Assembly (NCBI GenBank): GCA_002104905.1
Contig: MCFE01000359.1
Location: 23,470 to 87,469, forward strand
DNA: 64,000 bases
Source of the DNA: Basidiobolus meristosporus CBS 931.73
Taxonomy: Eukaryota > Fungi > Basidiobolomycota
Reading direction: 5' to 3'
Shown here piece after piece: positions 1-12,400 of this stretch. The number at the start of each line of letters is the position of its first letter. Positions within the stretch are counted from its first letter, which is position 1. The position numbers were made by a program, and so were the translations under genes. Under the pieces are notes generated by a model, which saw nothing but the letters and a program-made list of their open reading frames with translations, searched no databases and was not told the origin of the DNA.

Positions 1-2588
1 ACACCTGAGACTAGACGAGAGTATATTCACCGGGGGGTATCACGAGGTACAGAAGTACACTTCTAACGAGCCATATGAAGCCAATGGTAAGCAAACGAAA
101 ATCCCCGTTGTTATGTGACTGCTAGCGACCGCCCATTAATTTTGCCTCTGGAAAGGGAACCTCGTCTCCTCCGGCTATCTGTACTTCGGAAGCAGCGTCG
201 TCCAAGGAAAAGGTCAGTCCAGTTGGTATGGAAATCCCCCGGGGCGTCATGTGATAACGTCGATAACAACTAGGGGTCCTGATAGTGACCGCCACTGGAA
301 AACATACTCGCTTGGCCAATGTCAAGAGCTCCACGATCTACGAAGACAAAAAGACCCCGCTGCAAGCGCTGACAAGAAATGTCACCCTTTGTTTGGCTCT
401 CTTGGCATTGCTCGTATCCAGCGTCTTGCCGGTGGTCGGTTTGCTGAACGGGATCGACTGGCACGATGCACTGCTGACCGGAATGGGAATGGCCTTCGTG
501 TTGATCCCCAGCAAGCTCCCTTCATTGGTCAACGCCATCCTGATCGTGTCGGCGCACCGGCTGTCGCAAAGACGGCTTCTTTTACGTAGATTGGATGCCA
601 CGGAGGCCTTGGGCTCCGTCTCGGCCATTGTGACGGACAAAACGGGAACTCTGACTTGCAATGAGCTGAAAGTGGCCTCGGCGATAGTCCTCACCCGACC
701 GGACCGCCAATCCCCTGAGAGCTTTCAGATCAACTGTCGAAGAATCCCCGTCACCTCCAGCAAGGACATTGCCCAGTACCTACTGCCCCTTACCATCACA
801 TGGACCCTCTCGATGGACCAATTCGCGAGCGACATGTTGTTCCAAATGGTCCAAGAAGGCCATGGAGCTGGACCTGCGCATTCCTCACCATTACCGTTGG
901 CAAGGGGGATCGACAAGGATGTGTTTGACTCGGCGATCTTCGATTTCTTTAGCTCGGCCGAGATCCCGGTGGAGGTGCAGCGCTATCTGATCCAATCCGC
1001 GCTACTCGTCTTCTCCAAATTCCCGGTGCCCATTTCTGAGGAGCCGTTTGACGTGGTCAACCGGGTATCCTTCAGGACTCGCGGGTCCACGCGCAACCGG
1101 ACGAGCGGGAGCAGGATCACCGTGGTCAGGGGTGCTCCGGAATCCATCCTGGACCTTTGCAATCGCATCTGGGTGAGTGGGTATGAGCGGGAATGCTCGG
1201 AATTTGACGAGAACCATCCCCCTCAGATTGACCCCGACATGCTGAACGATGTGGAGGTCCTGACGGGGTATATCACTTCAAAGCTGACGGAGTCTATCAA
1301 CGACGTCGCTCGAAAAGGCAGCCGGATTTTCGGCTACGCTTACTCGACCTCGGCTCACACCGAAGGCGAGGAGCTTCCTCGAGACTTCATCTTCGTCGGA
1401 GCCTATGTTTTCACGGACCCCATCCGGAAGGAAGTCCCTCACGCAGTTTCAGAATGCCAGGGGGCCGGGATCAAAGTTGTCATGGCCACGGGTGATTACC
1501 CGGGGACTGCGTTGGCGATTGCATCCAAGGTTGGCATCAACCAGGTCGCTTCTACTGAGCAAGCACCGGTTCTCCTTGGAAGACACCTCGACGAGATGTC
1601 TAGCGGGGCGTTGCTTGGGGAAGCGATTGAAAGAACCGATGTCTTCGCCAGGGTCACTCCGGCCCATAAGCTTCGGATCGTCCAGGCTTTGCAATCGCAA
1701 GGCCACGTGGTCGCCTTCATCGGGGACGGGATCAAGGACGCCACAGCGTTGTATGCGGCCGACGTGGGTATTACAATCGGAGGGGCGGCCGCCACGGCAG
1801 ATATGGCTTCGGACCATGCCTCGTTGGTCGTTCTTGGAAACCACTTCGACGCAGTGGTTTACTGCCTCCGAGAAGGACGGCATATGTTCGACAACATGAA
1901 CAAAGTGGTCACCTTCTATCTGGCGTGCAAGCTAGGCCTCGCATCCTTGTTCACGCTCGCCATCATATTGCGCGCCAGCTTCCCGTTGAACCTGGTGCAA
2001 ATCATACTGCTCGAAATGTTCGTCAACCTGGGGTCTGCCATCACGTTCGTGGTGGAGAGGGCGGAAATCGACATCATGAGGATCCCGCCGACTCTGGTGA
2101 ACCAGCGTGGGGTCCGGAAAGGCCACCTGGGCTCTGCCATTGGTCGCCAAATCGTCTTCTATGCCGCTCTACTGCTTTTGTCGACTGGCAGCTCCTACTT
2201 CTATGGGGCCATGTACAGCGCCCAAGAGGAGTCCGCAGCAACCATGCTCTTTGTGTCCTACCTTATCAATCACATCACCTTAGGCCTGGCCATCCGGTCC
2301 CGCAGGACACCCATCAGAAAGCAAGGTCTCTTTAGCAATGGAAACTTTCTGATGTGGTTCGCGCTGGTGGTGAGTTGTATACTGGCCTACATATTTCTTC
2401 CCACCCTCCGAGCCACCCTTGATCTCACCACTCTGAACCAATGCGAATGGTTGATGATCCTGACAGGCGCCCTATGCTTACTGATCGTATCGGAAGTATG
2501 TAAAGAGCTGTGTTGGCACTACGCGAAGCGTGAGAAGGAACGGCGCGATGACCATCGAAGCTCCGAACGAGCACCGCTCCTGATTTAA
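1..2588 (+). CDS. P-type (type II-like) cation-transporting ATPase, 5'-partial, with atypical catalytic and ion-binding motifs
   Basis: ORF 285-2588 has DKTGT, ATGD, FARVTP and GDGIKD plus a C-terminal TM bundle. Upstream exons (2-84 LRLDESIFTGGY; ~126-212 YFGSSVVQGK) are joined by GT-AG introns, so the gene begins before the window. Confidence 0.9.
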
Positions 2589-2699
2589 TTCAATGGCACT
2601 TGTTCCTGGCAAAAGAATGTACAGATCCCACACTATCTACAAGTGTATCCAAATAGAACAAAACGTATCAATAAAATTCTGTGGGGATTAACATTGGAA

Positions 2700-3833
2700 C
2701 TACGCAGGACTAGATGCCCTACGGTATATATAAAATTTATGAAGGACCGGGTGGTTCCGGCCAGAGTCCTGGTTGTCCTGGTCGACGGCATCGGGCTGGT
2801 TCCTCCAGTCGACGATCTCCATATGGATTAGTTCGAACTTCGCCTCCCGCATCTCCTCCTCGAACAGCTCGATTTCGGTCAGGTAGCGGTTTCGCAACGG
2901 AAGCACGAAATAGATCCGGGAGCTAGTGGCCCGGCTGAGGAACTGCTCCAGAACGATGGGGATTGCCCGCGCCTGCCAGGCATCATAGATAGCGTCAGTG
3001 GCGATGATGTTTTCGAATTGGTCTTGATACAACTCCTCGCCACGGTCCGCACTGATGGGGATGTTTCGGTTGATGTTGTCTATGTTCTTGGCGCTGTCTT
3101 TGAAGTACTCCCACCAGTCAAGCTTCTGCACCTGACATATCTCTTCGCATTCGTTGCGATTGACATTGATCCGGACGTTGTCGAGGACACTAGGATGGTA
3201 ATCGGTAAGCATCACATGGGACGCACCCAGCTTGGCACACATCAATCCAGCCAATCCAGTGCCGCATCCCAACTCCAGTATTCTTTGTCCGGACAGATCC
3301 AACACGTAGCCAGCTTCCCCGACCACCACCTCACGCTCGTACCCCTTGGTGTGGCCGCATAACAACTTTCCCATCACAATGCTAGCAGACCAGGTTCGAC
3401 AGCCCAGATCGGCCTCCGCAAAGGTAGGCTCCCGAATATCCAGCCGAACGCTCTCCATACCTTTACGTTGACACTCGAATATCCAGAGTTGAGAGACTGG
3501 TCCGGTAGCAGCTCTACCACAACGGTTTGCTATCATGGAAGTCAACCGCTCCATAAGCGGATCCTCGTCGAACATGTCCTTTGACCGACGCTTCAACACC
3601 CTGATCACCCAGTCGTTGCACATATTTCTGACCATGGTGGAGTTTGTGGAGGGGTCGGAGGTGGTGTCTTCGACCTTGGGGGGCTCTGGCCGGTCCCAGA
3701 TCTTTATGTCGACGTTTTTCTCGCCGAAATGTTTGTCTATGGTGTCCAGTATCGAGGTCACCTCCGCCTCGTCCATAGGATCGCAGCGCTTCAGTCGTAG
3801 CAGCAACTCGAGATGCTCTTCGTTGGTCCCCAT
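2700..3833 (-). CDS. SAM-dependent protein-lysine methyltransferase (family 16, METTL21/EFM-like)
   Basis: Motifs GCRTWSAS, ILELGCGTGLAG, LTDYH, LDW and IIATDAIY. Confidence 0.85.
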   Translation of the reverse strand: MGTNEEHLELLLRLKRCDPMDEAEVTSILDTIDKHFGEKNVDIKIWDRPEPPKVEDTTSDPSTNSTMVRNMCNDWVIRVLKRRSKDMFDEDPLMERLTSMIANRCGRAATGPVSQLWIFECQRKGMESVRLDIREPTFAEADLGCRTWSASIVMGKLLCGHTKGYEREVVVGEAGYVLDLSGQRILELGCGTGLAGLMCAKLGASHVMLTDYHPSVLDNVRINVNRNECEEICQVQKLDWWEYFKDSAKNIDNINRNIPISADRGEELYQDQFENIIATDAIYDAWQARAIPIVLEQFLSRATSSRIYFVLPLRNRYLTEIELFEEEMREAKFELIHMEIVDWRNQPDAVDQDNQDSGRNHPVLHKFYIYRRASSPA

Positions 3834-4090
3834 GATCGGAATATCTGCAGTGTGGTGCTAAAAAGAAGGAGCCCAGAACTGCACGAACTCAAGCGACAAG
3901 CCTCGAATCTGAAAAAAAATCAACGGATATTTATTCAAGTTCGATTTAAACTTCGCTAAACTACGGATAAGTCTGCCTCAAGAATCCAGATTGTTTGATG
4001 TACATCAACTGGCTAGCATCAGAACACCCCCGACACGCGAGGTGCGTGCCCAGTGGAGATACGACCTGCGCGCGGATTGCTTTCGGATGT

Positions 4091-4763
4091 TCATTGCAAC
4101 TGAGGCTTTGGCACGCTATCAGTTACCCAATTCATGTATTCTTTGCTTCCATCGTCGATCTTGCAACATAACAACCTCGATTTTAGCCGTCGGAAGGTTC
4201 GAGTAAAGTTTCAACGACATACCTTGATCGAAATAACCTCCGGAACGTCATACGGGTGGTTCTCGTTCACGTGTTGAATGACGTTCTCCACTTTGTCGGC
4301 GGCGGTTTTCATCATCAACAGGACCTCGGTGGACTCCTCGATCTCCCCGTCCCACCCTAGCGATAGAAAAAAACGTTTACTAACCGGACCTATGGCCAGG
4401 AGAAACCAAGACTAGAAGGCACGAACAATACATGGAGGTCACCTTGGGGATGACGTTGATGCATGCCACCAACTTCTCGGTAAGCAACCCCCGGGAAAGC
4501 TTCTTGGCTATTTCCTCGTTTGGGCAGGTGACGAATATGGCCCGAATATCAGGCACGCATTTGGACATGTTGGTAAGGGTTCGATAGCAAAGGCGGGATA
4601 AAGGTCTTCCTCTCGGCCAAGCGGTTCGTCGGCAAGTGTGGTTAAAGACAGGAGTGTGGATTCCGGGCAGTGGCCGAAACGGGTTACAGACTGAGTTGTT
4701 CGAGAACCTTTTAATCAAACCCAAGTTCAAGGCGAGTGGCTTCAGAATGGTCACTTGCCTCAT
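4091..4763 (-). CDS. CUTA: CutA divalent-cation tolerance protein (spliced; possible N-terminal targeting extension)
   Basis: Exons read FVTCPNEEIAKKLSRGLLTEKLVACINVIP / YWWDGEIEESTEVLLMMKT...HPYDVPEVISIK / IDDGSKEYMNWV*. Two GT-AG introns inferred. Confidence 0.85.
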
Positions 4764-5376
4764 GGAAATATCATCAATGATTCTGAGAATGGAGTACTGA
4801 TCGTTCAGGCGTTCAAGTGGACTTGGCTAAAACCCGAAACCTGCATCATTCATGTTGGGGAGCTGATTAATCGTTAGTCGATCCGGCGGGTAGCAGGCGG
4901 GTAAGGTAAGGAACCAGGTAAAGGGAGGGAAAGGCGGTAGGAACGCCGAATGCAGTAAAAAAGTATAAAATGTAAGTATACAGTGTAAGTAAACATTGTT
5001 CGTGACTGCAGCCGTGGTTCGGTCGGGAGAATGTATTCGAGAATGAGCAAATTAAGGTGATATTTGTGTAATTGCCTATTATGGTGCAGCCAAACCGAGA
5101 AATTGAGAAATTTCGAAACATCACTTTTGGTTATCTGAGGAAGCTGTATGGCGATGTATGGTGATGGTGATGGAAATCAACAATGGGAATTTACGGATAT
5201 ATCACTCATTTGCATACCGCGTGGAATACTAGATTTGTACGTATTCTTGAACCTGATTTGCACGTATTCTTGAACCTGATTTGTGCTCGCCATAGCCAGG
5301 CGATCAGAATCCGTATTTAAACAGGGCCAGCACCCCGTCAGAGGCCAGCACTCCAGCCAATTCAATATCCTCCTTA

Positions 5377-6504
5377 ATGGTTCTTGTAAGATTACAATCC
5401 ACCGACCCAAGTAAGGGAGTCCCCATCCCCTTCCATAAGGTGGACCTGATGGATGTTAGCCACGTCGAGCCATTCTCGGATTTCTCATCCAGCTCAAGTA
5501 GCTCCACCGAAACCTTATCAGGCTCGCCAATCCCACCTCGCTTCGTCTTCAAAGCCCCCAAACCATCACCACAGAAAAAGAGCCGCCCCGCAAAAAAAGA
5601 GGCCTGCCACCGGGGTACCCTCTGCGAGATTCCCCTTCTTGCGGCCCTCAAGAAACGTAAGAGCAACCTGTCCTTCAAGGAGCTCTACGGAAACATCACC
5701 AACGCATTCTGTATGGGTTCTGGCGGGGAAGTCTACATGGCAACCTCCCCCAAGACGGGCAAGAAGTATGCCATCAAGTCGTTCCGCCCGCGTTTTTCGT
5801 ACGAAACCCCCGCCGAGTACTGCATGAACATCAGCAACGAGATCTACATCGCCGCCTCCCTAGATCACGAAAACATCGTCCGCACTGTTGATGTGTTGGA
5901 GGAAAATGGCAAGATCTACGAGGTCATGGAGTATTGCCCGCGCGATCTGTTCTCGGTGTTTGAGACCTCAAACCCCACCGAGAGCGAAGTCAACAAATAC
6001 TTCGTCGAGCTGGTCCATGGCATTGCTCATCTCCATAGCCGTGGCATCGCCCATCGCGACCTCAAGCTGGAGAATGTGTGCATTGGCGAAGACGGCCACC
6101 TGAAGATCATCGATTTCGGGTTTGCCACCAACTTCTACAGCCCTTACCACCTCGAGTATATCCCGGCCAGCGGGGTGATCGGTTCAAGCACGTTTATCGC
6201 GCCTGAGGTGTGGACAGCAGAGAGCTACGACCCATCGAAGGACGACATATGGGCCTTGGGCGTTCTCTATATCTGCATGCTAACGCGACTCTTCCCATGG
6301 GAGAAGGCCACCGCGGACGACAAAAATTTCGCCCTCTTCATGAACTCCTGGGACTCAGTCCCCCTACTCAAGAAATGCCCAGCCGAGGCGCTCCCCCTGC
6401 TTAAGCGAATGCTCGCGATCGACCCCAGCCAGCGTGCTAGTATCAAAGACGTCATGCAAGATCCTTGGTTTCAATCGCTTGAGGCCCAAGTCAAGGGCAA
6501 CTGA
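5377..6504 (+). CDS. Ser/Thr protein kinase (fungal HAL/NPR-like)
   Basis: GxGxxGxV, AIK, HRDLKLEN, DFG, APE and DIWALG motifs in one ORF. Confidence 0.9.
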   Translation: MVLVRLQSTDPSKGVPIPFHKVDLMDVSHVEPFSDFSSSSSSSTETLSGSPIPPRFVFKAPKPSPQKKSRPAKKEACHRGTLCEIPLLAALKKRKSNLSFKELYGNITNAFCMGSGGEVYMATSPKTGKKYAIKSFRPRFSYETPAEYCMNISNEIYIAASLDHENIVRTVDVLEENGKIYEVMEYCPRDLFSVFETSNPTESEVNKYFVELVHGIAHLHSRGIAHRDLKLENVCIGEDGHLKIIDFGFATNFYSPYHLEYIPASGVIGSSTFIAPEVWTAESYDPSKDDIWALGVLYICMLTRLFPWEKATADDKNFALFMNSWDSVPLLKKCPAEALPLLKRMLAIDPSQRASIKDVMQDPWFQSLEAQVKGN

Positions 6505-7746
6505 GATTCAGCGCCCCACTTAACGAATTGTACATTACCTAGATCTAATTTTAATGGCAGTAACTGTAATTACGCAACCTTCATAATGGCACTACTAGCA
6601 TGTTGATAAAATCCCTGAACCACAACCCAAACCGCACCATGTAATTCTAGCCTTATCGTCCAAGTAAATCCACCCTGTTATCGATTCTCGCAATCGGGGC
6701 TTTCAGGAAAGAAAAATTCCAAGATTACCCAAAAAGGGAATGGAGAAATCCCGTTTTTGCCTCCTGCCCACGTCTGATTTGGAAAGTAGAACTCCCATAA
6801 CGACACCTATGGAAGTTGAGAGTTCGTTCGGGAAGGCGAGTTGACTTGATGAAAACATGAGGCTTGCCTTATTCACCACTCAAGGATACTTGCTCCGACA
6901 CAACTTGCCGACCCACATGATTGTCAAGCCTTGATGTAGTAATGTAATATAGGCCTCTTTTGGCGAGCAATGTAGAATAAAGCCATGTAGAATAAATCCC
7001 ATTTGATGAGCCATATGGAATCAATCCTTTTGAAGCGCAGCCTGAAAATTTAACCTACCCTTGCGGTGGATGCAGTGTGTTTCTATTCCAAGATTAATTC
7101 AAGGTTCTAGCACCTAACAGTTGGGTTGAAAAGCGTTTTCATTAGCCAAATAAAAATAGGCTTATTTGTAGACATTGCTAAAAATCGCTCATATCTAAGC
7201 CTGATTTGGAAGCTAGGGTCATGCTAAAATATATCCCGAAATATTGATTATCAATCCACTGCTGGGTATTCTACCAGCGGATCCTGGAAGATACCGGATC
7301 ACCGGGTACCATCATTGTTCGACGACGGATATCGGGAATATTTGACCGCATGCGCATTTTCCAAGTTGAGTCCTGGATGCTTAGGCATCGCGGTGAGGTA
7401 ATGAAGAGCAGCAATGGTAGCAGTGTGAGTGGAAGTAGCAGTGGGGATCTCCTCTGGTAAATGGTGCAGTGTTGGTGAACATTTTTATTTACTTGGGCTA
7501 CAGCTTCCTCGCCAGTAGGGGCGTAATCGTCATTACATTACAAAGAGTATCGCCTTGAGAATAGATGAATAGCGCTATTGAAAACCTAATAAATAACCCC
7601 ACTGGTTCTTGATTCAGTACGGTCAAAACGAGCGGTAGCGACCGGCATATGGTCAACCTAAGTGGAGCACAAACTACACAACAGCAACGCCTTCCTCTCA
7701 ATCATGGCTAAATTCGCGGCACACTGATCAGCAGCATGGCTGGCCT

Positions 7747-8956
7747 TCAATGTAGAGTGAATTCGGGGTTTGGATCGTCGTTGGATAACTCCAGCATGCT
7801 CTCTTCATTGGCCATCTCGGAGACGAGCAGAGACCGATGTCCCGTTAGCCACTGCAGGTGAGCATCCCGAAGTTGGTGGAACTCCGCTTGCATCGACGCC
7901 AGCACGTTTCTTTCATCCTCCACCAGCAGCTTCTCCGTCAGGACTTTGTGAGCCTTGGAGCATCTTTGCTAGGATTCCCACGCGGTAAGCAAGTGGCCAC
8001 GTAGACGCATGAATGAACGAAATGCAGTACCTTGGAATCGTTTTCGATGAAGTCGTTCAATCGTTTGTAGAGGCGGTTTTTCTTGGATACTAGCTGAATG
8101 GCAATGGCGCCTGCTATGAAATTAAACATCAGGAACTTCCCCGTGGTAAGGTGCTTGACGCGCTCATCGTAAGTGCGGATGGAGATACGGGAAAGCAATA
8201 CACACCTTCGGTTTTGCTGATCTTGTCGTTATTCGAAAGATCCGAATCAGGATACTGATATATATGGTAGGGCAATAACCGATTCACCGCATCATCTAGG
8301 GAGTTGAAGGGGGTGGTGTAGTCCGGCTGGTTAGTAGCGTGCTGGTCGGACGTAATCACCTCGTGAAATCTAAACGCGTGTCAGTTGGGCGAGAAAGAGA
8401 GAGAAACATGCCCTTCGAACCTTGCTCTAACGAATTCGTGGTGTGAAAGTTGCTCCGGTAGCTTTTCAGCGGTCAGCTGTCTATTCGATGCGCTTGGCGA
8501 AGAGAGCTGCGGCTTGGCTTGCGGGATTTGCGCGCTAAATAACCCGTGTTGTGGTTGCTGCTGCTGCTGCTGCTGCTGTTGCTGAAGTTGCTGCTGCTGT
8601 TGCAAGATCCGTTTTTTGGAGTATTTCCCGGTTTTGTTGTATTTACGAGTGGTTTTGACGGAGCCATTGGGGGTGCCGGTCGGTGTTTGAGGCAAAGATT
8701 GTGGAGTAGAGCCGGTGGTGGTGGGTAGCTTTGCTGAGCGTGAGGATTGGGTTGCTGAGGGTAGAATCGGCACTTTGACTGGCGTGATGGATTGGATTTC
8801 CGAGTGGGTGTATTGAGATTTGCTGGGAGTGCTCTGAGACTGGCTGATTGCGCTTCCAAGTGAGGAGTGGAAATCCAACTGCGATAGGATGGGGTGAGTT
8901 AAACTGGAAGCTTGTAGATCGTGTAGCTCGTTTTGCGTTAACTCCAGGTTGTCCAT
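7747..8956 (-). CDS. GLTSCR1/BICRA-domain protein with polyQ tract (multi-exon)
   Basis: PDYTTPFNSLDDAVNRLLPYHIYQYP matches the GLTSCR1 domain signature. Downstream exons read ...KAHKVLTEKLLVEDER...EFTLH*. Confidence 0.7.
8554..8603 (-). repeat. (CAG/CAA)n coding microsatellite (polyQ)
   Basis: Run of ctg/ttg triplets on + strand encoding QQQQQLQQQQQQQQQQ. Confidence 0.9.
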
Positions 8957-9413
8957 TTTAGCCTTATCCGAATCGTCAAGAGTGAGCTCTCTAATCTGGT
9001 GATGAGAATTACCCTGAAATCGCCAGTATTTTTTCAGCCTCAGGAATCCACGTGTTTCTGGAGAAATGAAGGGTTGGTGGGCTAATCATGTTGGTTGCAG
9101 TTGAGGTGTTTGATGTTTTTGATTTCCAAAAATATGAATGTATCCAGTTGTAGAGAATAGATTGTATTGGCGCTTATTGGCGCTTATTGTTAGTATAAAG
9201 TTGATTATTCGTTGTGTGCGTATTTACCAACAAAATCTCCACTCCGGTTTGTGACTGACACTGGCTAACCTTGATTTTCTTATTCAACCCAGAAGAGAAT
9301 AACATCCCAAGCTTCTACCAAGCGGTATTGTCTTTTGGTAATCTTCCTTTTATACCTTCTTCCCTCAAGCCCCAGTAACTATCAAGAGGATAGTTTCTTT
9401 TGCAAAGGTTAAC

Positions 9414-12400
9414 ATGGATTCGGCACACAACCAGGCCGATACTGTATGTAAAATTTTTCTGCCCAGCGTTCAATTTCTGCCGCTCATTTTCTTCTCTTTA
9501 GCCATCGAGATGCAATGAATTTTCTGAAGACTGCAACGCACTTCTTGACGAGGATCTCTCGAAAAGCCGGTGCGTGGAGACCGCTTGCATTGTGGATTTC
9601 AGCTCAGAAACAAACCTGGAGAATTATTCGCAGCAGGGGGATTTTCAGCCCATCGTTTCGAAAATCCTGAATTCCCCACGCTGCGCGGAGGAGGTTCTTA
9701 CAGAAAAGAACTCGCTCACCAACAGCCAGGCGAACAAGTAGGTGTGATGCGTCGTTGATGAAAGACCTTTCGCTAACCTCTGACCAAGAATCCTACTAGA
9801 CACACTCACCGAGTTGATCAACACTTATTCAGACACCCTTGAGCGGAAAACTTGTAAGCACAACACCTAACCTCCGATTATTACCGAGGCCCGTGCTAAC
9901 CTGGCGGTTCGTTAGACATCGTGGAGTACATCAAAAAACCAATATCGCTCTTTGCGTTGTTGTGTGGGCTACTTTTGATAGGGTTCTACATCTATGCGAC
10001 TATAGTTACTTCGCCGTACCAGTGGCGAGTCACTGGTGTACTGATTGAAGGGATTCTGGTTCTAGCGCTGTATGTATGGAACGGATATTTATACCAACGA
10101 GAGAAATACCTCACTGCCACTGAAGTGCGTGACCGAACCCAAGCCATATACGAGCAGATCGAGGAGATTGGAACGAATCTAGCTCAGCCGGTAGCGTATC
10201 TTTTGACCATCTGGCTTGATGCGTACAGATCATTAACAGCCTGCTAGATGCTGCGAATTCCAGGGATACCGTCGGTGTCTACGGCGAAGGTTATTCGGGA
10301 CCGTGTTCATAAAATCCTGCCCGACAACCTGCTCGTCAAGGGGGATATTGTGGAGATGAGATACGGGGACGTAGCGCCATGCAAAATGGTTTACGTATAT
10401 CATGACGACGCCGGGTCGCATGAATCTGCACTCGAGTATACTTTGGAGAGGAACCAGGTATTCAAGCCGACCCTGTTCGGGATACCTCCGCAGGTTCCAA
10501 TTTCCAAAAAGAACATCCAGTATCAAGGCAGATTTTGGTTCATTCTCCAAGCAACCCCGATATCCTACAACCTCCCACCGGCTTTTGTTCAAACCCGACC
10601 CGATACGATCATCCACAACCAGCTCAAGATCCTTAACCAACAGCTGCTAAAGCGGCTGCTCTGCGTGGTCCTGGTGGCATCGATGATAGTCAACATTGCG
10701 CGCTATGTTTTCCAGGACGTGGTCCAGGAGCACCAGCCTGAAGACGGGTTTGAGGCAATCGTTCTTCTCCAAGTGTACGTTGTTCTCCCGTTTCTTCCTT
10801 TGTCCTTTCCCACGCTGTGGCTATTGGCCCGATCCTACGGAAACGCCAAGATCTTGTCATTGTTTGAGGCATTACAGATATCGAAAACCGACTTTGAGGA
10901 CGAAGAGGATGAGTTCGACGCCGAGGCTCCACCTCCCACCAAGGATGTGGAGTTGAGTCGAGGTACAGTATTATGCCCTTCTGGAACGTTGTTGTCCAGC
11001 TTTTCTCACGCTTGTCAACCTAGCCGCCGTGTGGAATCGGTTTTGGTCCCTGCTGACCAAATGGGATCGTACATCCCTGGCTCGCTCGACCAACCTCCTC
11101 GAATCGCTGGGCTCGACAACGGTGATTTGCTCAATCGACAAAGAGGGCACGATTACTTCGGTACGTAGGCATGGCTTACACTGCATATAGGACGCGCCAT
11201 GCTGACCGCCATCACAGCCCTACCCATCAGTGGAACAGGTCCTTTTCCCAACCGACGGCGATGAGCTGACCGCGCTGGATTTGACAGAAAACGAGTACAA
11301 TGTCAATGGGATGCAGTTCGAGGACAGAGACTGGCAGAAGTATCTCCCGTAGGTGTCACCGGCCCCGAAACCATGCTTCTATTGCTGACGTGCAGTTGTT
11401 AGGTCGCTCAAGCCACTGGGGTTGAACCTGTTGCTCAACACCGATTGTGGGGTGCGTCAAGGGCGGCGTCGTGCAGACCACCACCGGAAGTTCTCATCGA
11501 TCCACAAGCATGCACGGCTGCTTCCATCGCGGCAATGTAGGTTTTCTTTACGCCGAGTCGTGCTCGATTTGAGTCTCATCCCCGCAACAGCGTGTCTTTG
11601 TCGATTAGGAAAAGAGATAGGCTTCTCCGACGGTGCGCTGGCATCCTTCTCCAAAAAGAAGGATATTGGGACTTTCTCGCCCTACCGGCCTTCGCTGTTG
11701 CATTCGCTTAGACATCACCAGTACGAGGTCCCCAGCGTCCTGTCCACCATATACGAAGAGATGAATTCAGGTAATTCCCCCGAACCAGCGCGCCACCGCC
11801 TCCCTGGTTACTGACGGCTACTGTGTAGGCAGCTACCAGCTTCTGTGCGACGGAAACATCGAGCTCATCCTGGACTTCTGCTCGGATTACTGGAACGGCG
11901 AGCAACTCAACGTCCTTGATGATGGGGTAATTCCGGTTCACCGATCGAGACTGTGTGTCGATGCTTACCCAACGTTTTCCTTTTTGAAAGATGGTGGACA
12001 AAATCCTTGATTTCTACGAGACGTCCGTGGTCAATGATATGCAGTGCATTGGATTCTCCTACCGTCCAATCAACATCGACAACGATGGAAAGATTCCATT
12101 CTTGAAGGGCAGAGCCGACGCGGACTTCGTCTACATGGACATTCCATGGTCTCAGGAGCAGCCCGCCCTATCCGACGACGACGAAGCCAAGCAGTGGAAG
12201 CGCCGCACCCGAAAGATATCCGTCTCGGTGGACAATGACGACGGGTTCCACTTCAGTGGACAGGTCAGCAAGGAGGAGGAGGCGCTGTTCTTCAAAGAGG
12301 TCGTCAAGGGGCAGATCTTTCTGGGAATGGCCACTCTGTCACACCAACCCAAAGCGGTAAGCCACACCTCACTGCGCATGGAGCCCAGGCCCCGTTTCTC

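Noticed and set aside
5241-5283. 23-bp direct duplication upstream of the kinase
   Set aside because: Simple slippage-type duplication with no further structure.
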